A stretch of DNA of 64,000 nt, counting the filler, from Globobulimina sp. (Eukaryota): NCBI GenBank assembly GCA_003354225.1. It is 14 parts of 14 records of this genome, joined end to end, with 100 filler letters (N's around TTAATTAATTAA, not from the genome) between each part and the next. Parts side by side here need not be neighbours in the genome. Positions count along the whole stretch, not along the records: positions 1 to 4,494 come from PIVH01001190.1; positions 4,595 to 9,086 come from PIVH01001191.1; positions 9,187 to 13,677 come from PIVH01001192.1; 11 more parts are not named here. One strand, written 5' to 3'. The notes under the pieces are model-generated. The model had not been told where the DNA came from. It worked only from the letters and a program-made list of their open reading frames with translations, and did not search any database. The position numbers were made by a program, and so were the translations under genes. This document shows positions 1 to 11,499 of the stretch, one piece after another; position 1 is the stretch's first letter, and every line of letters begins with the position of its first letter.

Positions 1-261
1 GCAAACATTAATGGCACAGAATATTCCAATTACAGAGCAGTTGGAAATCACGGATATAATAATTCTAATAAAGAAATGCTTGGTATATTATTTGCTGCCG
101 GACCTTCTTTTAAATCTGGCTATCAAATGGAGCATAAAATTGAATCAATAGATTTATATCCTCTGTTTTGTGAGCTGTTGTGTGTGGAACCAAATATAAA
201 TGCAAATGGGTCCATTAAATTCACCCAACAGATGTTGTCAACATCAATGTCAAACAACTAA
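1..261 (+). CDS. Nucleotide pyrophosphatase/phosphodiesterase (alkaline phosphatase superfamily), 3' fragment
   Basis: Frame open from base 1: GNHGYNNSNKEMLGILFAAGPSFK...IESIDLYPLFCELL...NANGS matches the GxHGY...M..F.A.GP.F...NG C-terminal NPP signature. Confidence 0.85.
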   Translation, partial: ANINGTEYSNYRAVGNHGYNNSNKEMLGILFAAGPSFKSGYQMEHKIESIDLYPLFCELLCVEPNINANGSIKFTQQMLSTSMSNN

Positions 262-354
262 CTCTAAACACTTTTCACTTAAACATTTCCTCTCATTCAA
301 CCCTTTCCTTTACAAACTTCTCATATTTTCTTTTAATTTCTCACTACTATAATC

Positions 355-1503
355 ATGAATATTCGATTATCATCACTCGCCTTCTTATCAGTATTATTGC
401 TATATTTTGCCAGTGCTACACCGTGCCCGTATCGTTGTGGCAAAGATTGGACGGATGCCGCGAATAAATGTGGGCAATGTTGCACCGCGCCAGCAGATTG
501 CACAGAAGACCCACTCGACACCAATTGTTATGCTGGTTTGACGCAGGACCCATGCGACACCCAACCAACTGCGCCCACCACAGCTGCGCCTGCGCCCACA
601 ACAAAAGCACCCACTGCACCCACCACAACCACAAAAACACCCACCTCAGCTGCGCCCACGACGGCTGTCCCAACTGCACCGACTGTCTCTCCTCCCCCTC
701 CTCCTCCGAATGACGCGCTCCTCCCAAACCCCGCGGATTATCGTATATCGACATTGAGCGGCTGTGGTACCGGGAAAAGAGTCTCGTTGACCTTCGATGA
801 TGGCCCCGCAGAATTTGGAGAGACTGAGGGTGTATTAGCTACATTGGCCGAGTATGGCATTAAAGCAACGTTTTATGTGTCGCCGGCAGCGTGGGGAGAT
901 CACCAACCTGCATTAGACGCGCGATGTGCTTTACTTTCGCAGATTGTGGCAGCTGGACACGAGGTACAAAGTCATTCGTGGAGTCATCCGGATTTCAGTG
1001 ACGGTATTCCTGTGCTGTCCTTTGCTGACATTGATTATCAATTAAGTATGACTGCGGAGTGGATCATTGCGTGTGGCGGCACTGCACCGACAATATTTCG
1101 ACCTCCCTTTGGCCATTTGAGCACAGAGCAGGCGCAGTATATTGTAGATTTAGGATATGTCATTTCTTTATGGAATTTGGACTCAAAAGATTATTGGCAG
1201 CCGAACAATGCACAATGGACAGTAAGTCAACTTGTGTTGGATGAGTATGATCCGGCGATCACGAGTATTAATTTGTTAATGCATGATCGAACTACGTATC
1301 TCATTTTAGATGCGATTCTTGATAAATTTATAGATGCCGGGTATGAGTTTATTTCACAAAGTGAATGTTGGGCAGACTGTGATACGAGGGATGCAGAGGG
1401 TGTTTGTATGGATGAGACCGTTTCTGAAATTGATCCAAATTGGTTTCCACATAATCAACAATGTCTTAGTTATCTCTGGCCTGACACTTGGAGATATCCA
1501 TAA
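355..1503 (+). CDS. Secreted polysaccharide/chitin deacetylase (CE4, NodB domain) with Cys-rich N-terminal module and Thr/Pro linker
   Basis: Signal peptide; CGKDWTDAANKCGQCC Cys module; TTAAP/PTT linker; CE4 motifs TFDDGP, HSWSH, FRPPFG, DSKDY and LLMHD. Confidence 0.92.
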   Translation: MNIRLSSLAFLSVLLLYFASATPCPYRCGKDWTDAANKCGQCCTAPADCTEDPLDTNCYAGLTQDPCDTQPTAPTTAAPAPTTKAPTAPTTTTKTPTSAAPTTAVPTAPTVSPPPPPPNDALLPNPADYRISTLSGCGTGKRVSLTFDDGPAEFGETEGVLATLAEYGIKATFYVSPAAWGDHQPALDARCALLSQIVAAGHEVQSHSWSHPDFSDGIPVLSFADIDYQLSMTAEWIIACGGTAPTIFRPPFGHLSTEQAQYIVDLGYVISLWNLDSKDYWQPNNAQWTVSQLVLDEYDPAITSINLLMHDRTTYLILDAILDKFIDAGYEFISQSECWADCDTRDAEGVCMDETVSEIDPNWFPHNQQCLSYLWPDTWRYP

Positions 1504-1894
1504 TTATTACGCTTTTATTCTATCTTTATATTTTATATATACATATGTTTTTTTTATCTACTCTCATATATTTTATCTTGTTTTGTTGTTTTGTTTTAAA
1601 ATTAATTTACTTTTTGTTCGACGCATTTGAATAATATTCCATAACAGTTGCAAAGAGGTTCTTTTTCAATCCTCGCACATAAAGGAATGTTCCAACAAAT
1701 CCCGGAATGTTCCAAAATAAACGGAAATAATACCGGAATGTTTTTGTGGAGTGACATTTATATCGGAAAATCGCAAGTAACTGATCGCCATCGATCGTGA
1801 TGAAAAGGCTTTTTTTATTTTCGCGATCAGCACCATTTTTCGGGTCTATATACAAAATACATATAAATATAACTGAGATAACTGCCTGAAAATA

Positions 1895-2090
1895 TAGACT
1901 TTTAATAGTACTCTCAAATAATAGTACTCTTTAATAGATACTGGGTATACACTAGATATATAATGGGTATATATATGGTATACATAAGGTATATAATTGT
2001 AAATACATAGGTATACATATGGTATACACCAGGTATATATAAGATATACAGTAGGTATATAAGAACATATTATTAATATTTATACCTATT
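1895..2090. repeat. Degenerate AT-rich tandem repeat (GGTATATA/GGTATACA-like units)
   Basis: Repeated ggtata(t/c)a units and duplicated taatagtactct, lying between two convergent genes. Confidence 0.6.
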
Positions 2091-2200
2091 TTGAAGCTAA
2101 GATCGGAGTCAAAGATTGTATATAAAAAAAAAGACGGATTTTGTCAAGTTAATAAAAGTTAGATATCATTATGTGTCAAGAAATATTTTGCTTCGATTAA

Positions 2201-3988
2201 TTACCCCTGATATGTCATTTGTGGATCCTCATCATCCGATTCATCCGTTGAACCTATTGCGGATACAACAGTAGCATTTTTTTCTTGTGGATGTCCAATC
2301 CCTAAATCATCATCGTAAGAATCTTCATCCTCGTCATCTATATATTTGTAGTATATAATAACATTTTGAAATAATTAAAAACTGTATATCAACTTAACTA
2401 ATTTTAGCGCCAATAAACTCATCATTATCTCTAACATGTTTTCTCCTTTTTGAACTGCGTCTTGTTTTATAAATAACAATAATAATAACACATATGACAT
2501 AAATTATAAATCCAAAAATAACACCATATACAACTGGCGCATTTGAGTTTGCTTTATCTTCAAATTCATCCAATATAGTTTCAATCACACTGCTACTATT
2601 TGTTGGACTTACTGTTGGTGTGAGACTACTTGAGCTAATACTTAATGTTGGAGATATTGTTGGTGCTAATGTAGGTGTTGTTGTTGTGGTGGTTGTTGTG
2701 GTGGTTGTTGTGGTGGTGGTGGTGGGTGGCGTGGTGGTGGAGGTTGTTGTGCTGGAGGTGCTTGCGGAGGAATTGGTTGTTGTAGTTGGAGCAGCAAATG
2801 TATAGCGGGCAACACCATCTTGAATAATTGGGGCACATACAATATCAGCAGATATCTTTGAAGTTCCAGCCACAATGGTTTGTCCACCAAAAAGACACAC
2901 AAAACTATCATTGTATAATGTATCCATTTGAAAGTCAGTGAGTTGCACAGGCAAATCAGGTCCAACATACATATCATCAATTCGACAATCAAAAATATCA
3001 ACATTTGATGAATATTGATTGACACTGTATTGACCACCGGCAAGTATTATAATGTCGTTATTAACAGCTGTTGCTCGCGAATATCGAACATTATTATATG
3101 CAATATCTAATATTGTGCATGTATCAAATCCGGTGTTGAATAAATCGCATTTTTGTATTATTCCGGTATAAGATTGCGAATTATTTGCGGAATTGCTACC
3201 TATGTCACCACCAAATGTATATAAATGATCTCCGCAAACTGCACAACTCTGATATGTTTGACCTATGGCTAATACACCAAATGGATTTATAAACCATTCA
3301 TCATTTTCCATTGAATATACCTGGAAAATGCATTATTTTTAATGCAACAAAAATGCGCGGATAATTGGTACGGAGTTTATGTACATACATTTATCTGTGT
3401 TGACGTGGTAACATCGGATGGATTTATGCCACCAATAATATATAGATATTGTGCCTCGCGAGCAATGCATGGTTGTCGAGAGGTTAAATGTTGCGTCGAT
3501 TCAAATGAACAAACTTGAGTTTCCACATCACATTTTAAAAAATAATGTTCATCCGGGTTTGCTGCATAAATCGGTTCGATGATATAAATGTTATCATCAT
3601 AAAATCCCGCCGATTGTTGTTTGCCGTGCCATGCACTTAATGACCAATTTAATCCTAATTCAGATGCATATAAATTATGTACATGTTCTGATGTGCTATG
3701 TAAAGTTAAAACGTTTATGTAAAGTAAAAACGTTGTGACATACGCACTTAACATTGCTAGTGTGTCATCCTGAATATTAAATGTAACAGTTTCAACAAGA
3801 TTTGTTGCTTCTTTGGCAGATATTAATCCTCCGGTAACATATGCAGTGCTTGTTTTTGGATCCACGGTGCCATAAAATTGTGTCGTGGCTAGGTTTAATG
3901 TACCAATAATATCCCAATCACCCAACGAATACTGCTGTGCTTGCGATATTGCACAAAATCCCAATAAGATAAGCAAACTAGTTTTCAT
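2201..3988 (-). CDS. Type I membrane protein with kelch-like propeller ectodomain, Thr-rich stalk and acidic tail (at least 3 exons)
   Basis: Signal MKTSLLILLGFCAISQA; kelch GG motifs (YVTGG, YIIGG, YTFGG, ILAGG, LFGG); poly-T stalk; TM VVYGVIFGFIIYVICVIIIVIY. Introns 3321-3388 and 2338-2398 restore the frame. Confidence 0.8.
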
Positions 3989-4494
3989 TATATTATAACA
4001 AATTGTCACTAAGACTCACTCACTTTTTTTTTTCAACAATCGTTTTTGATGTTTGTTTTGAGGGTTAACCTGTATTCTATTTCCGGTGAATTTTATACGA
4101 GTTTTTTTTTTTTGAAGGAGAACCACTGAAAACTATGGAATCTATAATTTAATTAAATAGATTTGCCTCAAATCACAATCACAATGTCAACAAATTGGTC
4201 ATAAAAGAAAAGAAAACAACAAATGTTCTGACACACAAAACAAAGTAATTGGTCAACCCAAATATAGAATAAATAGTTAAATACATAATATTTGATTCAA
4301 TGATTTAAATGATTTAAAATTGTTTCTTTCACAAACTATCCTTAATTTAATTGATTATCATTATTGTATATTGAATAATGATGCAATAATGAAACTGCAT
4401 TCGCTTTATTCAGATTTGCTGATATTATTTCAAAACAATATCCAGTCGAACTGGATACTTCTTCATTGATTGTAGCGGCCCTCAATTTGGCGAC

Positions 4495-4594
4495 NNNNNN
4501 NNNNNNNNNNNNNNNNNNNNNNNNNNNNNNNNNNNNNNTTAATTAATTAANNNNNNNNNNNNNNNNNNNNNNNNNNNNNNNNNNNNNNNNNNNN
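4495..4594. other. Artificial contig linker (first of 13)
   Basis: 44 N + TTAATTAATTAA (stops in all six frames) + 44 N. Identical linkers start at 9087, 13678, 18268, 22852, 27435, 32018, 36600, 41182, 45763, 50343, 54921 and 59499. Internal contig lengths decrease or stay equal from 4492 to 4478, so the contigs are size-sorted and not neighbours. Confidence 0.99.
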
Positions 4595-4790
4595 TAAAAA
4601 TAAGTTGAAATGTTCAATAAGTGGATGTTGGAAAGATGAGAAGAATAAAAAAGATGGTAAACAAAGTTGGATTTATTATCAATATTCGGCATCACCCATT
4701 AAATCATCATCATCATTTACAGCCACATTGGAGAGTTATATTGAAAGCAGTGGACATTATAATGATTTATTAACATTTGAATCAGTATGA
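4595..4790 (+). CDS. 3' fragment of an unknown protein
   Basis: Short ORF at contig start followed by a T-rich 3'-UTR-like tract; no family recognised. Confidence 0.35.
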
Positions 4791-4935
4791 AATCATAAAA
4801 ACATAATCATATGCTATTTATTATACTTTTTGTTGCTTTTTTTTATTTTATTTTGTTTGTATATTTTACAGTTTGCGATGATAATAAACAAAGAAAACAC
4901 AGTCTATAAACAATCAAAATCAAATCAATTTTGAA

Positions 4936-7900
4936 TTAAATGCCGAGATCAGCAATATTAACATCTTCGAGATTTAAGACAGTTTTGGCTTTGTTTTTGT
5001 TTTCTGGATTTAAATGGATTGCGGCCGGCTCGTGATCAGTGAAAAGAAAATCCATTTTAGCCTGTCCGACATGCCATGATTGCGCTTCTTTTCTGTCATT
5101 TTGGTCATCAAAGTCAACAAAAGGTCGGCTCACTTGGTCGATCATCATATCACCACACAAAGCACATTGATTTGCCGCATATTTGAATAAATCCGCCTGA
5201 CACTCAAAAAAGGGCTCTTTTGCGCCAATCTGTTTCTTGTATTCAAAGATGCGCTTTTTTAAGGCATCCAATCTGAAAATGTGCGTACATGGAAATAATA
5301 TGAAGTGCGTATTCAAAATGGCTTTCTGCGATAAGTCGCATTTCCGATTCGATGTAATCATCGATGAGCGCAGCAATAATTGTTTTGTGTCCTTCCTGAT
5401 TTCCTGCGCATTGTCCGTGTAATTATCCATTTCCTTTTGCAACTTTTGGATTTGCTGCGAGTACTTCTCCAGAGACTGTTTGATGTCTTTTTTGAAGGGC
5501 CCAATCTCTGTGAAATCCTTTAAATGCGGCAAGATGTCCTCGATGGACAAGCAGTCGGACTCGGAAATGATGCGTAAAACTTGATTGATTTGGTCGCTCT
5601 CCAACTTATCCACCACATGGCGCGCAATGATGAGCCACAGCCGCTTCTCCTCGCTCTTATTGCCGTGGATGGAATACGCGATTTTCTTGGCTAACTCGTA
5701 GTGGTTATACGGGATGGTCAGCGCCAAACGGATGGCCTCCTCGAACAGCCTCAGAATGACGTACAGCTCGACGCAGCTCCGGTTCTTCCTTTCTTGGTGA
5801 CAGAGTCGCAGCGCATACTTGACGTCGAACAGCGGCTTCTTTTTGTTGAGCTCAATGAACCGCAACAGCTCCTTCTCGGACTTCTGTTTGCAATACAAAC
5901 TGATCAAATAATTGTGGATCGCCGCATCCTTCGACTTTTCGTGTCCTTTCTCGATGCAATGCACTAAGTACCGGATGGCCTGATTGCGGTGTTCCAGCTC
6001 CTCGCGATGCCCCATCTCATTCTTGTTATTGTTATTATTATTATTCTGATTGTCGTGGTGCTGCCTCGCCGCACTCTGACTGCTGTTGCTATGGTCGTAC
6101 CTCATCAGCGCAGGGATCAGTTTCTTGGGGTCCAAGCTCGCGATTTTGATTAACATATCCACCGTATCCGACGGGTTGGAATACATCAAAATGGGCGCGA
6201 ACTCATAGTACAACTCCTCGTTTTGCGACGGTTTCTGCAACGTCGCCAGCACTCGAATGGCCATTTTGTACTCATGGTTGTGGACATAATGGTTGATGAC
6301 CCATTTGTAGTCTTGTTGGATGCGCGCAAACTCCACCAACTGTTTGCTGCGGCCATGCGACGCAATCAAATCGAAGACGACCTGCTTGCAGTTGGCCAAT
6401 GTGTTGCGATATGACTTCAGAAAGTCCTCGAACGCCGTCACCGCCATCAGCTCGTCCTCGTTGTCGGCACTCTGCGCCGCGAACTGGTTCATTTGACTCA
6501 AATGCATCTCCGTCAGCCACGTCGCTAAGATGACCCGCTGCGTCTTGTCCTCATTGTGCATCCGGTTCAGTTTCTGCCGCAAAAACGTCATCAACGCGTC
6601 GGTGGCGCCCACATTCAGGAACTTCAGCGCAATTTCTTCGAACGACACGTCCAGCCACAGGCCGCCGAGGTTCGCCTCTTTGTCCTCTTCGATGTCCGAC
6701 AGCTCCACGTATTTCAACGCCGCTTCGTTGAAGCGGTCGGTCTCGAAATAATACTCGGCTTCGCACCGCAAAATCTTTGACTTTTGCCAGTTGTTTCTGG
6801 CGTACTTCTTGGCGTTGGCGAAGTCTTTGTTTGACAGAAATAGTTGCCACACATCGCGCGATTCGTCGACGGCGCGGATTTGGAAGATTTGCGACAGCGA
6901 CATGACGTAAATAAAATTGTCGGCGATGGCGATGTCCACCACGCTCTCGTTGGCTTTGCACGGCATTTTCTCGAAATTGACGCATTTGGAATTCAAGCGA
7001 TTGATTACGAGATAGCAGTCGCTGTACACCAATATGATATGGAATTGCGTCACGGCGAAGGAAGTGGGCACAGTGTGTTGCAATCCGTGCCAGTCGTCGT
7101 CCATTACATTGCTGTTATTGTCGCTAAACTGCTGGTCGCCGCCATACGCAATGATGTTTTCGTGGATATTGTTGCCAATCACACCCGTTTTGGGGGTCAC
7201 ATGCGAGCCAAATACAGGACGGCATAATACGATGCCGGGCTCAGTTAACCAGCCGATGGCTTCCGCCATTTGATTGTGCGGCTTATACACGCATAATTTG
7301 GTATGTTTGAGGGATCCTTATTGTTATACAGATTATATATATGAGTGCAAGGATGGATATATTTACATATATTAAATGCATATTTCATACCAGGTATTTC
7401 CTTGAATATATCCTGTTTATCATCATAAAATTTGAACACATCGTCATAGGTCGGACCGCCAATAAATTCAAATATCTTCGAGGGAATCACAGCAATGATA
7501 TAGAAGCGTTTGGCTTCGTTGTCTTTATCGCGTTTCTTGTCGCGTTTATGGGCTTTGTCCCGAGCGTTGTTTACGAATCCCAAGGATTTCAAGGCTTGGA
7601 TTTGTTGGTCTTTGTCGTCTTTGTATTCGAGGATGGAATTAATAGAAATCGGGTTGGCATTGTTGTCATCGTCGTGCTCTTTGGCAACGTTTAAATATTC
7701 GATGTGGAGGCCGCAGACACGGAAACAAGTGGATTCTGAGTGGTTTATATGCGCCGCCGAGGAGGAGGAGGACGGAGAGGTATTGCCATAGGATCCGGTT
7801 TTGAGATCGTATAATTTGTTGAAGATCTTCTCTTTGCCGTCGCTGATTTGCAAGGAATAGATGCATCCGTTGCTGGTGCCGCATAAACATAACCCGGTGC

Positions 7901-8369
7901 TGTCTCTGTAGGCGGTTTTGTTCCATACCATGGATTCGATGGTGATGCCTTTGACTTTGGACAAGGCGGTTTGCGTTTGTTTGCGTCGGCTGCCGCTATG
8001 CGTGGAGGTCAGATTGATGTAAAAGTTCAAACCGTTTTTCATAGTCACAATCAAGTGGTTTGCATCCGTATCGACAAAGAGATTATGGATCAAATCTTCT
8101 TTCTTGCCGACTACAAATAATTGCGGCTCGCAATCCACTTTTAATAATATCACCACCCGCTTATCTGTGCCGACTATGATGGTGTCGCGGCCCACGGCAA
8201 TGCCCACTAATTTTCCCTGAGTGCGGGTCGGTTCCCAGGCTAATTGTTCCAATACAAATAAATCGTCATTTTCTTCCGAGTATTCCGACTCGTCGTCGGC
8301 CCCTAAGATCTCGGGTAAGTCTGCATCGCTGTCCACGTCGTTAATGGCACTGAAAGGATTCATGGCCAT
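4936..8369 (-). CDS. VPS18: Vacuolar protein sorting 18 (Pep3), HOPS/CORVET subunit, 2 exons
   Basis: N-terminal propeller; DESRDVWQLFL, SFEEIALKFL, LATWLTEMHL, LDPKKLIPALMRY, AIHNYLISLY, DVKYALRLC, LSIEDILP; degenerate C-terminal RING (FPCTHIF...CALCG). Intron 7317-7390 joins the two ORFs in frame. Confidence 0.95.
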
Positions 8370-8429
8370 GGTTGTCAGTGAAGTATTAATGCTTTTTAAC
8401 CACAAACATCACAAAAAAACCCGAAGAAC

Positions 8430-9086
8430 ATGTCAACGAATCCGGATGGAACTGTCGAACTTACAAACCACGAAGCAGAAGAAGAAGAAATCAAAGTCAA
8501 AGATGAGCCTAATTTGGAAGAAAAAGACAAAGACTTAATTGAAGCAGCCGCGCTTTTTGAATTTGAAAAATCTGTGTTCCATAAAAAAATAGAAGCAGAT
8601 GTTCAAAGCGTATTGGATGAAAACATTGGTTGGCGATTACTCGACGAAAAATATAAAACCGTTCGCAAACTTCGTCAAAAATTCCCCAAACTAAACGACG
8701 AAGACATGATGGATTTATGTAATATGGGCTTCGCAGATTTATCCAACGCATACAGCAACAAATCGGCTTTGGATGATCAAGAATTAACAAATTTAGTTCG
8801 CCGAGCTTCCGATCGAAAATTGATAAAAAAGAAGCATCCTTTGCCCGTATTTTCTAACCGAACCTGGAAATTAAGCACCAACTCTGACGGCTGTTTGTTC
8901 GTAGAGTTGATCTTTGAATTTATATTCCTTCCATGTTACTTATTCGCGCAAACCATATTTATGTTTTGTTATTTGGTTCGCGGCGAATTGCCAGTCTCCG
9001 GGACCACTGATTTGGTGTTAAACGACCATTTTGATGTAACCATAAGAGGAACGCATAAGGAAAACAGCGAAAAACGCAAAGACAGC
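8430..9086 (+). CDS. Hypothetical protein, 3'-truncated, with one hydrophobic segment
   Basis: ORF of about 219 aa, divergent from VPS18 (60 bp apart), running into the linker. Confidence 0.6.
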
Positions 9087-9186
9087 NNNNNNNNNNNNNN
9101 NNNNNNNNNNNNNNNNNNNNNNNNNNNNNNTTAATTAATTAANNNNNNNNNNNNNNNNNNNNNNNNNNNNNNNNNNNNNNNNNNNN

Positions 9187-9433
9187 CCAAATTGGTCACC
9201 ATGGCTTTGTTGAAATATTTGCTCCGTAATAATGCGGTCATGGACTGTTTTTTTTTCTCCATTTGATAATAAAAGTTATCCAACATGCTGTCACCGAGCA
9301 AGATTATGTATGACGGGTTGTTGACTGAACCATCCGCCAATGCTTTAAACTCTATTGTTTGGGCATAATTTTCTTTCAACTCTTCGTCGTTGTTTTTGTT
9401 TCTGTTTTTGTCATCCTTGGCTTCTGACGCCAT
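9187..9433 (-). CDS. SGNH/GDSL-like hydrolase, 5' fragment
   Basis: YIILLGDSMLDN resembles the GDS block I motif; truncated by the linker. Confidence 0.6.
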
Positions 9434-9473
9434 GTCCAAGAACTGGCAAGTTTTTTTTTTTGGAAAAACAATT

Positions 9474-11461
9474 TTATTCTTTTTGACATTCAGTGAGTAT
9501 GTAATTTGTCAACAAGCGGACACCATATCCCGTGGCACCAATACTTGACTGTTCGTGGCCTTTTTTATGGCTCCAGACAGGCCCTGCAATGTCCATATGA
9601 GCCCAACTCGGTATCTTTTTATTATTCGACGTATTTTCCACAAACCGTTTCAAAAACAATGCCGCTGTGATGGCGCCGCCATGTCCGCCCTTTTCCGCAT
9701 TTTGTAAATCAGCAATCTCCGAATCCATAGCGTTGCTATAACTATTTTCTCCATTATCAAAAGCACAGTCATCAAATAACGGCATTCTCCATAACCTCTC
9801 GCCCGATAAATACGCGCTTGACAACAAATCATTTGCTAACTTATCATCATTGCAAAAGAGGCCCGCAATTTTATTCCCGGCGGCTACTTTGATGGCACCC
9901 GTCAACGTGGCCAAATCGATGAGAATGTCCGCACCAATTTGATTGCGTCCATACCAAATGGCATCGGCCAAAGTCAACCTGCCTTCCGCGTCGGTATTGG
10001 TCACCTCAACGGTTAAGCCTTCCGCTGACTGTATAATATCGCCTGGATGCAGCGCATTTTGCTGTTATACATTGAAAATAATATATTGACTGTTTTATGT
10101 ACAACTTAACTTTGCCAGATATCATATTCTCGATTCTCGCAAGCAGCCACAAGGCCATGTATTTCATACTTATTTAGAATGTGCGTTGCCAGCAATGGGT
10201 TGGCAGCAAAGTGCCGAGATAAGGCAGCAAACGTCGCAATGACTGCAGCAGAGGCAGCCATGTCATATTTCATATGTTCAATCATCGAAATTGCGCCAGT
10301 TTTGATATTATAACCACCAGAATCGAAGCATACGCCCTTTCCAACTAAGACAATTTTCTTTTTATTAATGTCGGCGTCGACAGAGAGATGAGGAGCGGTT
10401 AGATTTAAATGTATGAAATACGGCGAGTTATTTGAGCACGCTGCGACAGCTAAAAATGAATGCATATGTAAGTCAGCACATTGCTGTTCATTTAAAATGT
10501 CGATATTCACAAAATTAGATTGCAAGGATTGCGCAGAAATTGCTAATTGTTGAGGTGTCAGTATATTTGCGGGCGCGTTTACTAATTCTCGCGCATAGCC
10601 AATGCCGCTACTTATGCATTCACCTAATTTCATATCATATTCATTTTGCTCTTCGTTGCCTGTTTTATCGCATAATATGGTCACATTGTATTTGCTATCA
10701 TTATTGGCGCCATTTGGCTCATTTTTGTTGGATTTAAATCGAGCGTCTTTATGACAGCAAATATTTAGCGATTCGACTAATGCTTGAATTTGTAAATTAC
10801 ATTTTGATGCAATGTAAATGGAACAGGATTTGAATGATTTATTTTCACACATAACATTATTTATAATTGTTGAAAGTCCACGGCTTTGTTGTAATGCATC
10901 AGGAACCAAATTGTTTCCGTTTTGCAATGTTTGTGAGCTATCTTTGCCCAGTGATACAAGCAATATTTTTTTAGGGAACGAATACGGTAATTCATCGCCA
11001 CAAATCCGAGCAATAACATATTTATATTTTGATTCATTTTTTAGGATTTCTGATTCTGTCAATAATTTTGATAAAATGTTGCCATGTTTTTGATTTAAAC
11101 GAATTGCTTCAAAGTCAAACAATTGAGATAGATTTAAAAGTGGTAATTCAGGCTCTTTTTCATCTGTATTGCTTGCAATGCGTTGTGGTTCCGATGAAAT
11201 AATCATTTGTGGCGTATGCTTGTTTGTGTCATGATAGATTGGTAAAACAATTAAATCACTTTCTAGTTCTGTTAAACGTGGTGCATTCTCTCCTGAATTG
11301 ATAATTTTATATTCAATCGGACAGAAATGTTCATAGTTTGTACGATATTGATTCAATTTGAATGATGTTGCTAGGGAACTAAAGTGTCGATAGTAATAAT
11401 GCTTGAATAAGCTGGATGTTGGCTGGTAATATTTGGGAAATAGTCTCAAATAGTTTGTCAT
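9474..11461 (-). CDS. M17 leucyl aminopeptidase with mitochondrial-like presequence; frameshifted in this assembly
   Basis: RELVNAPANILTP, LVGKGVCFDSGG, MKYDM, NTDAEGRL, IDLATLTGA, WAHMDIAG. Intron 10062-10110. A 7-nt tandem duplication at 10126-10139 breaks the frame. Confidence 0.92.
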
Positions 11462-11499
11462 TTTCAGTTTATAAAAACTTATAATTTACAAACAAAACT

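Noticed and set aside
2620-3043. Poly-V, poly-H and poly-PQ ORFs
   Set aside because: Alternate frames of the poly-Thr stalk of the kelch-like membrane protein.
3696-3743. Possible in-frame 48-nt intron in the kelch-like gene
   Set aside because: The frame is open with or without it, so it cannot be decided and was left out of the intron counts.
5701-7273. Many antisense and alternate-frame ORFs inside VPS18
   Set aside because: Shadow ORFs caused by the locally high GC and scarcity of stop codons.
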